A stretch of DNA of 37,965 nt, taken from contig JBATHL010000032.1 of assembly GCA_049666745.1 (NCBI GenBank), positions 1 to 37,965 on the forward strand, in the 5' to 3' direction. Made by a program: the position numbers and the translations under genes. This document shows, piece by piece, positions 25,656 through 34,016 of the stretch (within the stretch, counting starts at the first letter, position 1; each line of letters starts with the position of its first letter). The stretch is from Gammaproteobacteria bacterium. Lineage in GTDB: Bacteria; Pseudomonadota; Gammaproteobacteria; GCA-001735895. The notes beneath the pieces were generated by a model. That model was not told where the DNA came from. It saw only the letters and a list, made by a program, of their open reading frames with translations, and ran no database searches.

Positions 25656-26813
25656 ATGTCGGAAGAACGCAGCCACCCGGAAGTACGAGATGCAGTCAGT
25701 CGCCTGTGCGTTGATTACCCGGATCAATACTGGCGTGACAAGGATCGCGACAAGGCTTACCCCGGTGAGTTTGTACAGGCGCTTACCGACGCCGGTTATT
25801 TGTCGGTACTGATTCCCGAGGAATACAATGGCGCAGGTATGGACCTGGCAGCTGCCTGTGCGGTGCTCGAAGAAATTCAACGCAGCGGCGCCAATGGCGC
25901 CGCCTGCCATGCGCAAATGTATATTATGGGAACTCTTTTGCGTCATGGTAGCGTCGCGCAAAAGCAAAAATACCTGCCGGATATTGCTTCAGGTGCGTTA
26001 CGCCTGCAGGCCTTCGGAGTTACCGAACCATCGAGTGGAACCGATACCACGCGTATCAAAACGCGCGCCCGGCGCGATGGCGAGCATTATGTTGTCAGCG
26101 GCCAGAAGGTGTTTATTTCCAGGGTCGAACATTCCGACTTACTGTTATTACTGGTGCGCACCACGCCACGCGATCAGGTCGATAAACCCACCCAGGGGAT
26201 GTCGGTATTGCTGGTTGATTTGCGTGAGGCCGTGGGTAATGGATTGACGGTGCGACCTCTTGAAACCATGTTGAATCACGCTACCACCGAACTTTTCTTC
26301 GACCAGTTACGCGTTCCCGCGGAGAACCTTATCGGTGAAGAAGGCAAGGGCTTCGGGTATATACTCGACGGTATGAATGCCGAACGTATCCTGATCGCGG
26401 CCGAGTGTATCGGTGACGCGCGCTGGTTTATCGAGCGTGCCAGTAGTTACGCGCGTGACCGCGAAGTGTTTGGCGCGGCGATCGGCAAGAACCAGGGCAT
26501 TCAGTTTCCAATTGCGCGCGCGCATGTGCAAACCGAGGCGGCCGCGTTGATGGTCGATAAGGCCTGTCGCCTGTTTGACGCCGGCGAGGCCTGTGGTTCG
26601 GAGGCTAACATGGCGAAATTGTTGGCTGCCGACGCATCCTGGGCGGCAGCGGATATGTGCCTGCAAACCCATGGCGGTTATGGATTCACGGTCGAGTATG
26701 ATATCGAGCGCAAGTTCCGTGAAACCCGGCTCTACCAGGTCGCCCCGATTTCGACCAACCTTATTCTGTCGAATATCGCAACCCATGTACTTGGCCTGCC
26801 CAAGTCATTCTAA
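25656..26813 (+). CDS. acyl-CoA dehydrogenase family protein
   Basis: 385 aa with the ACAD layout (GVTEPSSGTDTT...; GEEGKGFGYILDGMNAERILIAAECIG; C-terminal HGGYGFTVEYDIERKFRETRLYQVAP). The stop overlaps the next start (TAATG). Confidence 0.85.
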   Translation: MSEERSHPEVRDAVSRLCVDYPDQYWRDKDRDKAYPGEFVQALTDAGYLSVLIPEEYNGAGMDLAAACAVLEEIQRSGANGAACHAQMYIMGTLLRHGSVAQKQKYLPDIASGALRLQAFGVTEPSSGTDTTRIKTRARRDGEHYVVSGQKVFISRVEHSDLLLLLVRTTPRDQVDKPTQGMSVLLVDLREAVGNGLTVRPLETMLNHATTELFFDQLRVPAENLIGEEGKGFGYILDGMNAERILIAAECIGDARWFIERASSYARDREVFGAAIGKNQGIQFPIARAHVQTEAAALMVDKACRLFDAGEACGSEANMAKLLAADASWAAADMCLQTHGGYGFTVEYDIERKFRETRLYQVAPISTNLILSNIATHVLGLPKSF

Positions 26814-27937
26814 TGTTGAAGCTTGATGAGCTGCTGGTGGTTTCGCTGGAACAGGCGGTGGCGGCACCGTTTTGTTCCAACCGACTGGCGCATGCCGGTG
26901 CGCGCGTCATCAAAATCGAACGCGCGGAGGGCGATTTTGCGCGCGGCTATGATAGCGTGGTGCATGGCGAATCGGCTTACTTTATCTGGCTGAACCAGGG
27001 CAAGGAATCGCTGCAGTTGAACATCAAGCAGGAAGCGGATGCCGAGCTGCTGCATCGGATTCTGGCGCAGGCGGATGTGTTTATCCAGAACCTGGCACCC
27101 GCAGCAGCGCAGCGCGCCGGCTTCGGTAGTGAGGAATTGCTCGGTCGTTATCCACGACTGATCTGTTGCGATATATCGGGTTATGGCGAGCAGGGTGAAT
27201 ACAGTGCAATGAAGGCCTATGACTTGCTGGTGCAGTGCGAGTCGGGAATGGCCTCTATCACCGGTACACCGGAAGCGCCTGGTCGGATCGGGGTTTCAGC
27301 TTGCGATATTAATTGCGGGCAGCAGGCTTACGCGGCAATTCTTGAAGCCCTGATCGAACGCGAGCAGAGCAATAAAGGCTGTGTTATCAAGGTGTCATTG
27401 TTCGATGGTATGGCCGAATGGCTGGCGGTACCGCTGCTGCATTACGACTATGCCGGCAAGATCCAGCAGCGCGTGGGTATCAACCATGCCACGATCTCGC
27501 CATATGGCGCTTACCGTTGCCGTGACGATCTCGATATCGTGCTCGCGATTCAAAATGAGCGTGAGTGGGCCAATTTTTGTGAGCAGGTGCTTGGCGATGC
27601 AGCGCTTGCCAGCGATGTCAGGCTCAAATCCAATCAGTTACGGGTTGAAAATCGGAAATTTGTTGATGAACTCATCAGTGAGGTGTTTGCACAGCTCGAT
27701 CAGAGCGCGGCCGTCGAACGCCTGCGCCAGGCCGGTATCGCCTATGGCCGCCTCAACGATATTGCCGGCCTGTCGACCCATCCGCAATTGCGCCGGGTGA
27801 ATGTAGAGACGCCTGGTGGGGACGCACGGGTGGTCGCGGTGGCGGCAATTCGCTCCGACCGGGCTGAAACATTGCGCAAAGTACCATCCATTGGTGAGCA
27901 CAGCGCAGCAATTAGAAACGAATTTGAACAGGTATAA
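26813..27937 (+). CDS. family III CoA-transferase (CaiB/BaiF family)
   Basis: [38 protein letters not shown] is the typical N-terminus of family III CoA-transferases. The Asp-containing [10 protein letters not shown] region is present. It is translationally coupled to the ACAD gene. Confidence 0.85.
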   Translation: MLKLDELLVVSLEQAVAAPFCSNRLAHAGARVIKIERAEGDFARGYDSVVHGESAYFIWLNQGKESLQLNIKQEADAELLHRILAQADVFIQNLAPAAAQRAGFGSEELLGRYPRLICCDISGYGEQGEYSAMKAYDLLVQCESGMASITGTPEAPGRIGVSACDINCGQQAYAAILEALIEREQSNKGCVIKVSLFDGMAEWLAVPLLHYDYAGKIQQRVGINHATISPYGAYRCRDDLDIVLAIQNEREWANFCEQVLGDAALASDVRLKSNQLRVENRKFVDELISEVFAQLDQSAAVERLRQAGIAYGRLNDIAGLSTHPQLRRVNVETPGGDARVVAVAAIRSDRAETLRKVPSIGEHSAAIRNEFEQV

Positions 27938-27942
27938 ATAAA

Positions 27943-28281
27943 ATGCAAACTATAGACTGGAATGACTTCGAAAAAGTAGAACTGCGCGTCGGCACCATCA
28001 TCGAGGTAGAGGATTTCCCTGAAGCGCGCAAGCCGGCATACAAGCTCAAGATAGACTTCGGGGATGAAATCGGACTGCGTAAATCGAGTGCGCAGATAAC
28101 CGATATCTACACCGGGGAAGATCTGCTCGGGCGCCAGATTGTCGGCGTGGTGAACTTTCCGGCCAAGCAAATAGGCCCGATGCGTTCGGAGTGCCTGGTG
28201 ACCGGTTTTCATCGAGAGGATGGTGCGGTAGTGCTGGCACGACCCGATAGCGAAGTGCCCAACGGCGCCAGGCTAGCCTGA
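27943..28281 (+). CDS. csaA: tRNA-binding (EMAP/OB-fold) chaperone CsaA
   Basis: 112 aa that aligns by eye along its length with B. subtilis CsaA as remembered ([44 protein letters not shown]...VVNFP.KQIG...SE.LV.G...VVL..PD..VPNG..L). Confidence 0.85.
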   Translation: MQTIDWNDFEKVELRVGTIIEVEDFPEARKPAYKLKIDFGDEIGLRKSSAQITDIYTGEDLLGRQIVGVVNFPAKQIGPMRSECLVTGFHREDGAVVLARPDSEVPNGARLA

Positions 28282-28329
28282 GACAAACTCGTCTATACTA
28301 GCTGGATTACTCTGCCTAAATTTGAGGAA

Positions 28330-28701
28330 ATGAACATGCTAGTGAAACATCTTATGCAGTGCCTGCTAATTGCAGTGGTAGTCATGGGAGTTAGCGTGCC
28401 GAGTCAGGCCGCGATGGTAGGCACCGCGCAGCTGCAGGCCGGCGAGCTTGCCGCAGACTTTGCTGGCATCAGCGCTAAACGTGACTGGATAACGCAGCAG
28501 CTGGTAGTTGGCGGCGTCGATAATACCCTGGCAAAGTCACGCGTTGCGGCCCTGACCGATGCACAGGTACTCGAAATTCATCAACGCATCGATAAGGAGC
28601 CCGCCGGTGGTAATAGTACGTTGATCATTATACTTCTAATTCTGGTGATCACTGAGTTGATGGGAGTTACCGATATCATTCCCAACTGGCCTGCCGATTA
28701 A
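28330..28701 (+). CDS. PA2779-like small secreted protein with a C-terminal membrane anchor
   Basis: It has a Sec signal (…VVVMGVSVPSQA|AM), the block TDAQVLEIHQRID, and a C-terminal TM helix STLIIILLILVITELMGV. The second ATG (28336) has better spacing from GAGGA (28324-28328). The family name is recalled from NCBI naming of the PA2779/PA2778 gene pair and has not been searched. Confidence 0.6.
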   Translation: MNMLVKHLMQCLLIAVVVMGVSVPSQAAMVGTAQLQAGELAADFAGISAKRDWITQQLVVGGVDNTLAKSRVAALTDAQVLEIHQRIDKEPAGGNSTLIIILLILVITELMGVTDIIPNWPAD

Positions 28702-29646
28702 TTGAACTTCGACGGCAAGCGCGCCCGGCTGGTTGCCTGCGCGTTATTTTTTCTCAGTTACCTAGGCGGCTGCGCGACTTCTCCGCAAACGCGGTTACTG
28801 CCCGATAATCCACCCGATATTCCACAGCGAGTGGAATTGACTCAGGTTCCATTTTTTCCGCAACAGCAGTATCACTGCGGTCCCTCGTCGCTAGCCAGTA
28901 TCATCAACTATCGCGGCACCCCGGTGGAGCCTGATCAGATTGCGCAACTGATTTACGTGCCCGGGTTAAAGGGTAGTCTGCAAATCGAAGTGGAAGCTGC
29001 AACGCGGCAGTTTGAAATGTTACCGGTGCAGCTTGATGGCAAACTGGAATCCCTGATGCGTGAACTTGCCGCCGGTAACCCGGTTTTCGTATTACAAAAC
29101 CTGGGACTGGATTCAGTTCCGGTCTGGCATTACGAAGTGGTTGTCGGTTATGACTTCGCCGAGCGCAATTTTGTTTTACGCTCGGGAGTTAATGCTCGAG
29201 TGTTGCGCTCGTTCACCCTGTTTGAGAAAACCTGGCAGCGCGCTGATCATTGGGCGCTCGCAATCGTGTCAGTCGATTCGATTCCCGTCACGGCCAGTGC
29301 CGATGCTTACCTGGATGCGGTTTTGGGTATGGAGCAGGTGGGCAGAATCGAAAGCGCGAATCATGCCTATGCGACAGCGTTGCGACGCTGGCCCGAAAAT
29401 CTGCTGGCGTACTCGGGGCTCGGTAATTCTTACTACGCTATGGGGGAGTTTGTCGCTGCCGAAACGGCTTACCGTTCCGCGTTGATGATCGATCCGCAAA
29501 AGGCTGAAATCTGGAACAACCTTGCCTATGTGCTGGCCCAGCTGGGCCGGCACGAATCATCCATGGACGCAATCAGTCGTGCGCTCGAGCTTGACCCCGA
29601 TAATCAGAATTTCAAGGACAGCTACAACGAGCTCGTAAACTGGTAG
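28702..29646 (+). CDS. PA2778-like C39/papain-fold cysteine peptidase lipoprotein with C-terminal TPR repeats
   Basis: TTG 28702 lies directly after the upstream TAA. The lipobox is FFLSYLGG|C. The C39-type motif is QQQYHCGPSSLASIINYRG (Q...C), with a His candidate in VWHYEVVVGYD. About three TPR units follow (AYATALRRWPEN...YYAMGEFVAAETAYRSALMIDPQKAEIWNNLAYVLAQLGRHESSMDAISRALELDPDN). Confidence 0.65.
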   Translation: MNFDGKRARLVACALFFLSYLGGCATSPQTRLLPDNPPDIPQRVELTQVPFFPQQQYHCGPSSLASIINYRGTPVEPDQIAQLIYVPGLKGSLQIEVEAATRQFEMLPVQLDGKLESLMRELAAGNPVFVLQNLGLDSVPVWHYEVVVGYDFAERNFVLRSGVNARVLRSFTLFEKTWQRADHWALAIVSVDSIPVTASADAYLDAVLGMEQVGRIESANHAYATALRRWPENLLAYSGLGNSYYAMGEFVAAETAYRSALMIDPQKAEIWNNLAYVLAQLGRHESSMDAISRALELDPDNQNFKDSYNELVNW

Positions 29647-29655
29647 CACTACGGG

Positions 29656-30078
29656 TTATATGCGCGGCAGTTTTTTCCCTTTCACTATTTCATTAACGCC
29701 ACGATTTCGTTCGCCGACAAACGGTGTATCTTCTCCGTCAGTAATCAGCGTAATTGCACCGTTGTTATTGACGTAGAAATGGCAACTTGGTTTTTTCCAG
29801 CTCCTGATCTGGATGCATACGGTACCATCATCCGATACTTGCCATGTCCCTTTGGATTTGACTTTATGCCATATGGCTTCCATTTCTCCATTTGGATTAT
29901 AGTATCCAGTACCTTCCCGCCATGTTTCAGTATTGCCGGAAATATGGGCTCGCGCTTGCTCTCCGTCCAAACGAGTGACCCCGGGTTCGCTTAATATCCT
30001 TGGTGGAACTTTCTCGCAGGCTGCAAGACCGAGCGCCAGTAGAAATACAGAAACCAGGCTAACCATTTTTTTCAGCAT
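29656..30078 (-). CDS. hypothetical lipoprotein (140 aa; possibly DUF995-like)
   Basis: A GAGGGAGAA SD precedes ATG 30078. The lipobox is LLALGLAA|C. The mature part is soluble and beta-rich. The DUF assignment is a weak recollection. Confidence 0.6.
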   Translation of the reverse strand: MLKKMVSLVSVFLLALGLAACEKVPPRILSEPGVTRLDGEQARAHISGNTETWREGTGYYNPNGEMEAIWHKVKSKGTWQVSDDGTVCIQIRSWKKPSCHFYVNNNGAITLITDGEDTPFVGERNRGVNEIVKGKKLPRI

Positions 30079-30277
30079 TGTTCTCCCTCAATATTCCAGC
30101 TTATAGAACTATATCGACTAATGGTGGTTCACCCCGATCCGGGTCGATCGATTTTAACACCCGCTTGATTACCGGGGCTACACCAACATCCTGTTGAAAT
30201 TTCGTCGATACTGGCAGTTTTTATTCCTGGCCATGCATCGGTTTTACTTAACTGGTGACAGTAGTCTGCGTAATCCA

Positions 30278-30445
30278 TTACTTGTCACGAGGTTTGGCGA
30301 AAAACACAAACGGGACCGCCAATGGTCCAAACAGCAATCCCATAGTTATCCAGAACAGCACATTGGCCTTTTTGCTTTTTGCAACCGAATAACAAGTGTA
30401 GATACACAATGCGCTAAACATCAACAATGCCAGCGATAAAGTCAT
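30278..30445 (-). CDS. small two-helix membrane protein (55 aa), absent from the supplied ORF track
   Basis: AGGAGGG (complement of 30454-30460) sits 8 nt upstream of ATG (30445-30443). The translation is MTLSLALLMFSALCIYTCYSVAKSKKANVLFWITMGLLFGPLAVPFVFFAKPRDK, with stop TAA at 30280-30278. It has two hydrophobic helices joined by a basic KSKK loop. Confidence 0.5.
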   Translation of the reverse strand: MTLSLALLMFSALCIYTCYSVAKSKKANVLFWITMGLLFGPLAVPFVFFAKPRDK

Positions 30446-30774
30446 GCTGTATTCCCTCCTGTAAGATTTGTTGAAAGGGTCCCCCGTTAGCTGGCCCCGG
30501 TCAATAGTCTAATAGGCTTGCGGCGGAAAATGGCATGAAATTCTGCTGCTTCCTTCGCTGTGGACGAATTCCGCGCCCGTTATGCCTGCGATTCTGGTAT
30601 CGAGATCAAGGGTATCCAAATGTTGCCTGATTAAGGCCGAGGTATAAAAAATTAATCGATTTTTTACGGGCTAGTAATTTGAACATTGCAAGCGGAGGTT
30701 CATCAACTACACTTTTTTGAAATGATGAATCAAGGATATCGGCCCGATGACTAATCCGGGCCAGGGAACTGACA

Positions 30775-31734
30775 ATGAGATTAATATTAATTGGAGCGGT
30801 TTTGCTGGTGGGCCTGGGCTATGGCGGTGCCAAGGGATACTTGTATTACAAGACTAGCCAGGGCATTGAATCTGCAGTACTGATGATGTCACCCCATGTG
30901 GATTTAAAATATGAAGGCATAAGCTCAACCATCAGCGGAGAACTTACGATTGATAACGTAAGTATGAGACTGGCGGGATACCGCGATGAAATTTCGATTG
31001 GGCGCCTCGGCATCAAGACCCCGAATTTCCTGGCATTGTTGAGCCTCAGTGAATTGTCCTCCGGATCGTCCGGGGGGAAAGCGCCTGAATATTTCGGCCT
31101 TATCGCCGAAGAAATTAAAATTGCGGCTGATGCCGATTATTACCGGGATTTCTATGAGACCAGCATCGCGGCGATCGCACCGGCGGATCTGGGTCAGGGG
31201 GGAGTTCAATGCGTCGGCAAGTACGGGTATTCGCCCAGAACCCTGAAAGCGCTTGGTTACAACAGTCTGACTACGTCGATTTCGATGATATTCCGACAGG
31301 TCGATAACAATTATATAACCGAGATGGGAATCGATATTGCCGATATGGTCGATTTCGATATGACTGTATCCATGGCAGGAAATTTGATGTCAGGCATAGC
31401 CCGGGGTACCAATTATCGGCCGAAACTGAGTGAATTGAATATGAAAATAACAGATCGGTCACTCAATAGTCGGGTAGAAAAATATTGCACCAAACTCGGC
31501 CTGACACCGGAACAGATACTAAGGGCCCATCTAAACGCCCTGCAGTATATGGGTAAAGCCCAGGGGATTGTTTTCGATAAGTATGTGATCGATCCCTACA
31601 AGCAATATCTGGCTGGCAAACCCACGCTTATCGTGACCGCTAAACCGAGGGAGCCTCTCGATCTGGAACGAATCAGCCGCTACAAGCCAAGCGATGTACC
31701 CGCGCTGCTAAATCTGGAAGCCGTTGCCCTGTAA
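30775..31734 (+). CDS. hypothetical N-terminally membrane-anchored protein (319 aa)
   Basis: ATG 30775 has AGGGAA 7 nt upstream. A single N-terminal TM or signal-anchor is present (MRLILIGAVLLVGLGYGG). I recognise no domain. Confidence 0.6.
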   Translation: MRLILIGAVLLVGLGYGGAKGYLYYKTSQGIESAVLMMSPHVDLKYEGISSTISGELTIDNVSMRLAGYRDEISIGRLGIKTPNFLALLSLSELSSGSSGGKAPEYFGLIAEEIKIAADADYYRDFYETSIAAIAPADLGQGGVQCVGKYGYSPRTLKALGYNSLTTSISMIFRQVDNNYITEMGIDIADMVDFDMTVSMAGNLMSGIARGTNYRPKLSELNMKITDRSLNSRVEKYCTKLGLTPEQILRAHLNALQYMGKAQGIVFDKYVIDPYKQYLAGKPTLIVTAKPREPLDLERISRYKPSDVPALLNLEAVAL

Positions 31735-31768
31735 ACCAGCGGTACTTGCAAGACCCCTGCTTGTGCGG

Positions 31769-31794
31769 CGTCCCGCGGTATCGGGATGACAATT
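31769..31794. repeat. REP-like hairpin related to the 821-967 elements
   Basis: The stem is cgTCCCG (31769-31775) / CGGGAtg (31782-31788), followed by ACAAT. The tail GGGATGACAAT matches GGAATGACAAT at 939-949. It lies between convergent genes. Confidence 0.5.
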
Positions 31795-31809
31795 ACTATG
31801 GGGTGGCAG

Positions 31810-32142
31810 TTAAGCGGATATCTGGATGTATATATCGCCTTCATGAATTTGCACCGGGAGGGTTTGCAGGTCAACACAAACCGGGGCGCTTAGCGCTTTG
31901 CCGCTACGCACATCGAAGCGTCCCTGGTGCAGCGGGCATTCGATTACGTTATCGATAACGATACCATCCGCGAGCGGTTCTTTTTCATGGGTACACATGC
32001 CGTCACTGGCGAAGAAGCCGTCGATCGTGTGATAGATCGCGTACTCGCGACCATTGAACTCGAAAGGCATGACGTCTTCTTCGTCGAGTTCGGATGCGGG
32101 ACCAACGCGTTGCCAGTCAGGACCGGGTGTGCTCATTTTCAT
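31810..32142 (-). CDS. Rieske [2Fe-2S] ferredoxin
   Basis: The motif is CTH-x17-CPLH (MCTHEKEPLADGIVIDNVIECPLHQGRF), and the size is that of a ferredoxin. The second ATG (32136) has better SD spacing from GAGGA (complement of 32145-32149). It starts 13 nt after the desaturase-like gene. Confidence 0.85.
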   Translation of the reverse strand: MKMSTPGPDWQRVGPASELDEEDVMPFEFNGREYAIYHTIDGFFASDGMCTHEKEPLADGIVIDNVIECPLHQGRFDVRSGKALSAPVCVDLQTLPVQIHEGDIYIQISA

Positions 32143-32155
32143 TTTCCTCGAATGA

Positions 32156-33151
32156 CTAGCCGATAGTGATGGATTTGCCCAGGTTGCTCATGGGCAACCT
32201 GCCGCGGCTGCGCGAGATGATTGCTTTCAGTACGCGGTAGTTGGTCAGGAAAAATCCCGGATCGGGTTCGGGCAACTGATCCCTGACGGCTTCGCCAAGC
32301 GCGGGCAGGGCGTGAAAGGGTACGGTTGGATACATGTGGTGTTCGACGTGATAATTCATGTTCATATAGAGAAAACGACAGAACGCATTGGTGGTGAAAG
32401 ATCGAGTCGAACGGCGCAGGTCGAGCTGGTCTTCTTCCATGTCGACATGCTGAATCAGGGTATACAGGTACAAAACCGGGTTGCCGAGGATGCGCGGCAA
32501 CACCAGGTACCAGAACAGGAAATCGGCGCCGAGTATGATAGCGATAGCGATGGTCAGGTAAACCGTCAGGAATGCCCAGGCCCCCCATTTCAATTTCGGC
32601 AATTCGCTTGCCGGGGTAAATTCGAGTACCTGGTCGCTAAAACGCCCCAGGGCGTTGTCGTACATGGCTTTGCTAATGAAAATAAAATATCCGATACCGG
32701 TTATTTCGAGTAACCAGCCCCTGAATGTCATCGGAGTTGCAAACGGCATTTGCGCATCGAGCCCGTTGATCCAGGTGTAGCTGTGATGCCGGGCGTGTGC
32801 GTAGCGACGATAATACGGTTCCTCGTAGTAAATCAACGATGAAATCCAGAACAGGGTTTCGTTGATCCAGCGGGTACGAAACGCGGTGCCGTGCGCGCAT
32901 TCGTGTGACAGCGCGTAGGCCGGTACGGCAATCGCGCTGCCGTAGATGAACAGCATCGGGATGAACCAGGCGCTACCCCCGGAGAGATACAACAGGTGCC
33001 CGGTAACCAGTAGCAACGCGATCCACTGGCCGAGCCAGATCAGGCCGGGGCGATCCGAGCGTTTCATTAACTGCCTGCTCAACTGCCTGTCAATGGATAC
33101 CCCGGATGACGCCGCATTGGTGGGTGTCGGTTTATCGGCTGCTTTATGCAT
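32156..33151 (-). CDS. membrane di-iron fatty-acid-desaturase/hydroxylase family protein
   Basis: Three histidine boxes are present: HECAH (SHECAHGTAF), HARHH (YAHARHHSYT) and HVEHH (NYHVEHHMYP). There are several hydrophobic segments. It starts 6 nt after the aldolase-like gene. Confidence 0.8.
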   Translation of the reverse strand: MHKAADKPTPTNAASSGVSIDRQLSRQLMKRSDRPGLIWLGQWIALLLVTGHLLYLSGGSAWFIPMLFIYGSAIAVPAYALSHECAHGTAFRTRWINETLFWISSLIYYEEPYYRRYAHARHHSYTWINGLDAQMPFATPMTFRGWLLEITGIGYFIFISKAMYDNALGRFSDQVLEFTPASELPKLKWGAWAFLTVYLTIAIAIILGADFLFWYLVLPRILGNPVLYLYTLIQHVDMEEDQLDLRRSTRSFTTNAFCRFLYMNMNYHVEHHMYPTVPFHALPALGEAVRDQLPEPDPGFFLTNYRVLKAIISRSRGRLPMSNLGKSITIG

Positions 33152-33157
33152 CGTCGG

Positions 33158-33934
33158 CTATAGCTTGTAGTCGGGTTCTTCGCGATCGAGGATGGTGCGT
33201 ATCTCGCGCAGGTGGGCGTCGCAAAATCCGACTCTGTCCATGTAGTCTTCCCACTGTAGCGCCGTTTTTTCCGCGATTTCGTCGCTGACAATGCGTAGTG
33301 GTTTCCGGGTCATCAGCGCCTTGATATAATTTTCGCAGGCGCGTTCGAAGTAAAACAGTTCGTCGAAGGCGCGTGCGATGGATTCCCCGATTGCCATTAC
33401 CCCATGGTTACCCATGATCACGATGCGATTACCGCCGACGCCGGCAGAAAGTCGTTCGGCCTCGTCTCCAAGCCCCATGCCATCAAAACCGTCATCGACC
33501 GTGACGCGGTTGAAGTAGCGCATGCTGTTCTGGTCGATCGGTGGCAGACTGTCCTGCTTGATCGAAGCGAGAACAGTCGCGTAGCGGGAGTGAACATGAA
33601 GCACGCAGCGCGCCTGTGGCACATTACGATGCATCGCGCCGTGTATCGCCCACGCAGTCGGATCCGCTTTGTCCGGGTGATCCATGTCGGCTGCTTCGTG
33701 CGCATTAAGCAGTAACAGTTCGCTGGCGCGGATATTGGAAAAATGGCGGCCGAAAGGATTCACCAGAAATTGATTGCCGTCATCCGCAACCGCGTAACTG
33801 AAATGATTGCCCACGGCTTCGTCCATACCGAGACGTGCCGTCATGCGAAATACCGCGGCGAGATTGATGCGATCTTCGTAGTGCGGATCGTTGTCGGGAG
33901 TGATCGAACTGGTGTCAACGGCGGAAATAGCCAT
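33158..33934 (-). CDS. class II aldolase/adducin family protein
   Basis: RINLAAVFRMTARLGMDEAVGNHFS..., the metal-His region VLHVHSRYATVLA, and VIMGNHGVMAIGES are typical of the class II aldolase/adducin N-terminal fold. Confidence 0.85.
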   Translation of the reverse strand: MAISAVDTSSITPDNDPHYEDRINLAAVFRMTARLGMDEAVGNHFSYAVADDGNQFLVNPFGRHFSNIRASELLLLNAHEAADMDHPDKADPTAWAIHGAMHRNVPQARCVLHVHSRYATVLASIKQDSLPPIDQNSMRYFNRVTVDDGFDGMGLGDEAERLSAGVGGNRIVIMGNHGVMAIGESIARAFDELFYFERACENYIKALMTRKPLRIVSDEIAEKTALQWEDYMDRVGFCDAHLREIRTILDREEPDYKL

Positions 33935-34016
33935 ACTGAGCTCCGGATGTCGGGGTTAGCGACAAATTAAAGCGCAGCTTTGACGACTGGACAATCAATA
34001 TATTCTGACTCATAGT

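Noticed and set aside
28330-28701. Double-glycine leader in the PA2779-like protein as a C39 cleavage site (GG in LVVGG|VDN and in EPAGG|NST).
   Set aside because: Neither GG has the upstream hydrophobic and acidic spacing of canonical double-glycine leaders (LSxxELxxIxGG). The protein also already has a Sec signal. I keep it only as a speculative cleavage test in the findings.
30194-30439. 81-aa plus-strand ORF from the track.
   Set aside because: It has a TTG start, no SD and an implausible composition (W/R/Q/H-rich). It is fully overlapped by a better-supported 55-aa minus-strand ORF with a strong SD.
30535-30630. 31-aa Cys-rich plus-strand mini-ORF (MKFCCFLRCGRIPRPLCLRFWYRDQGYPNVA) and a 10-aa ORF (30722-30754) in the 329-nt gap upstream of the 319-aa gene.
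   Set aside because: Neither has a convincing SD or a supporting feature. ORFs of this size are expected by chance.
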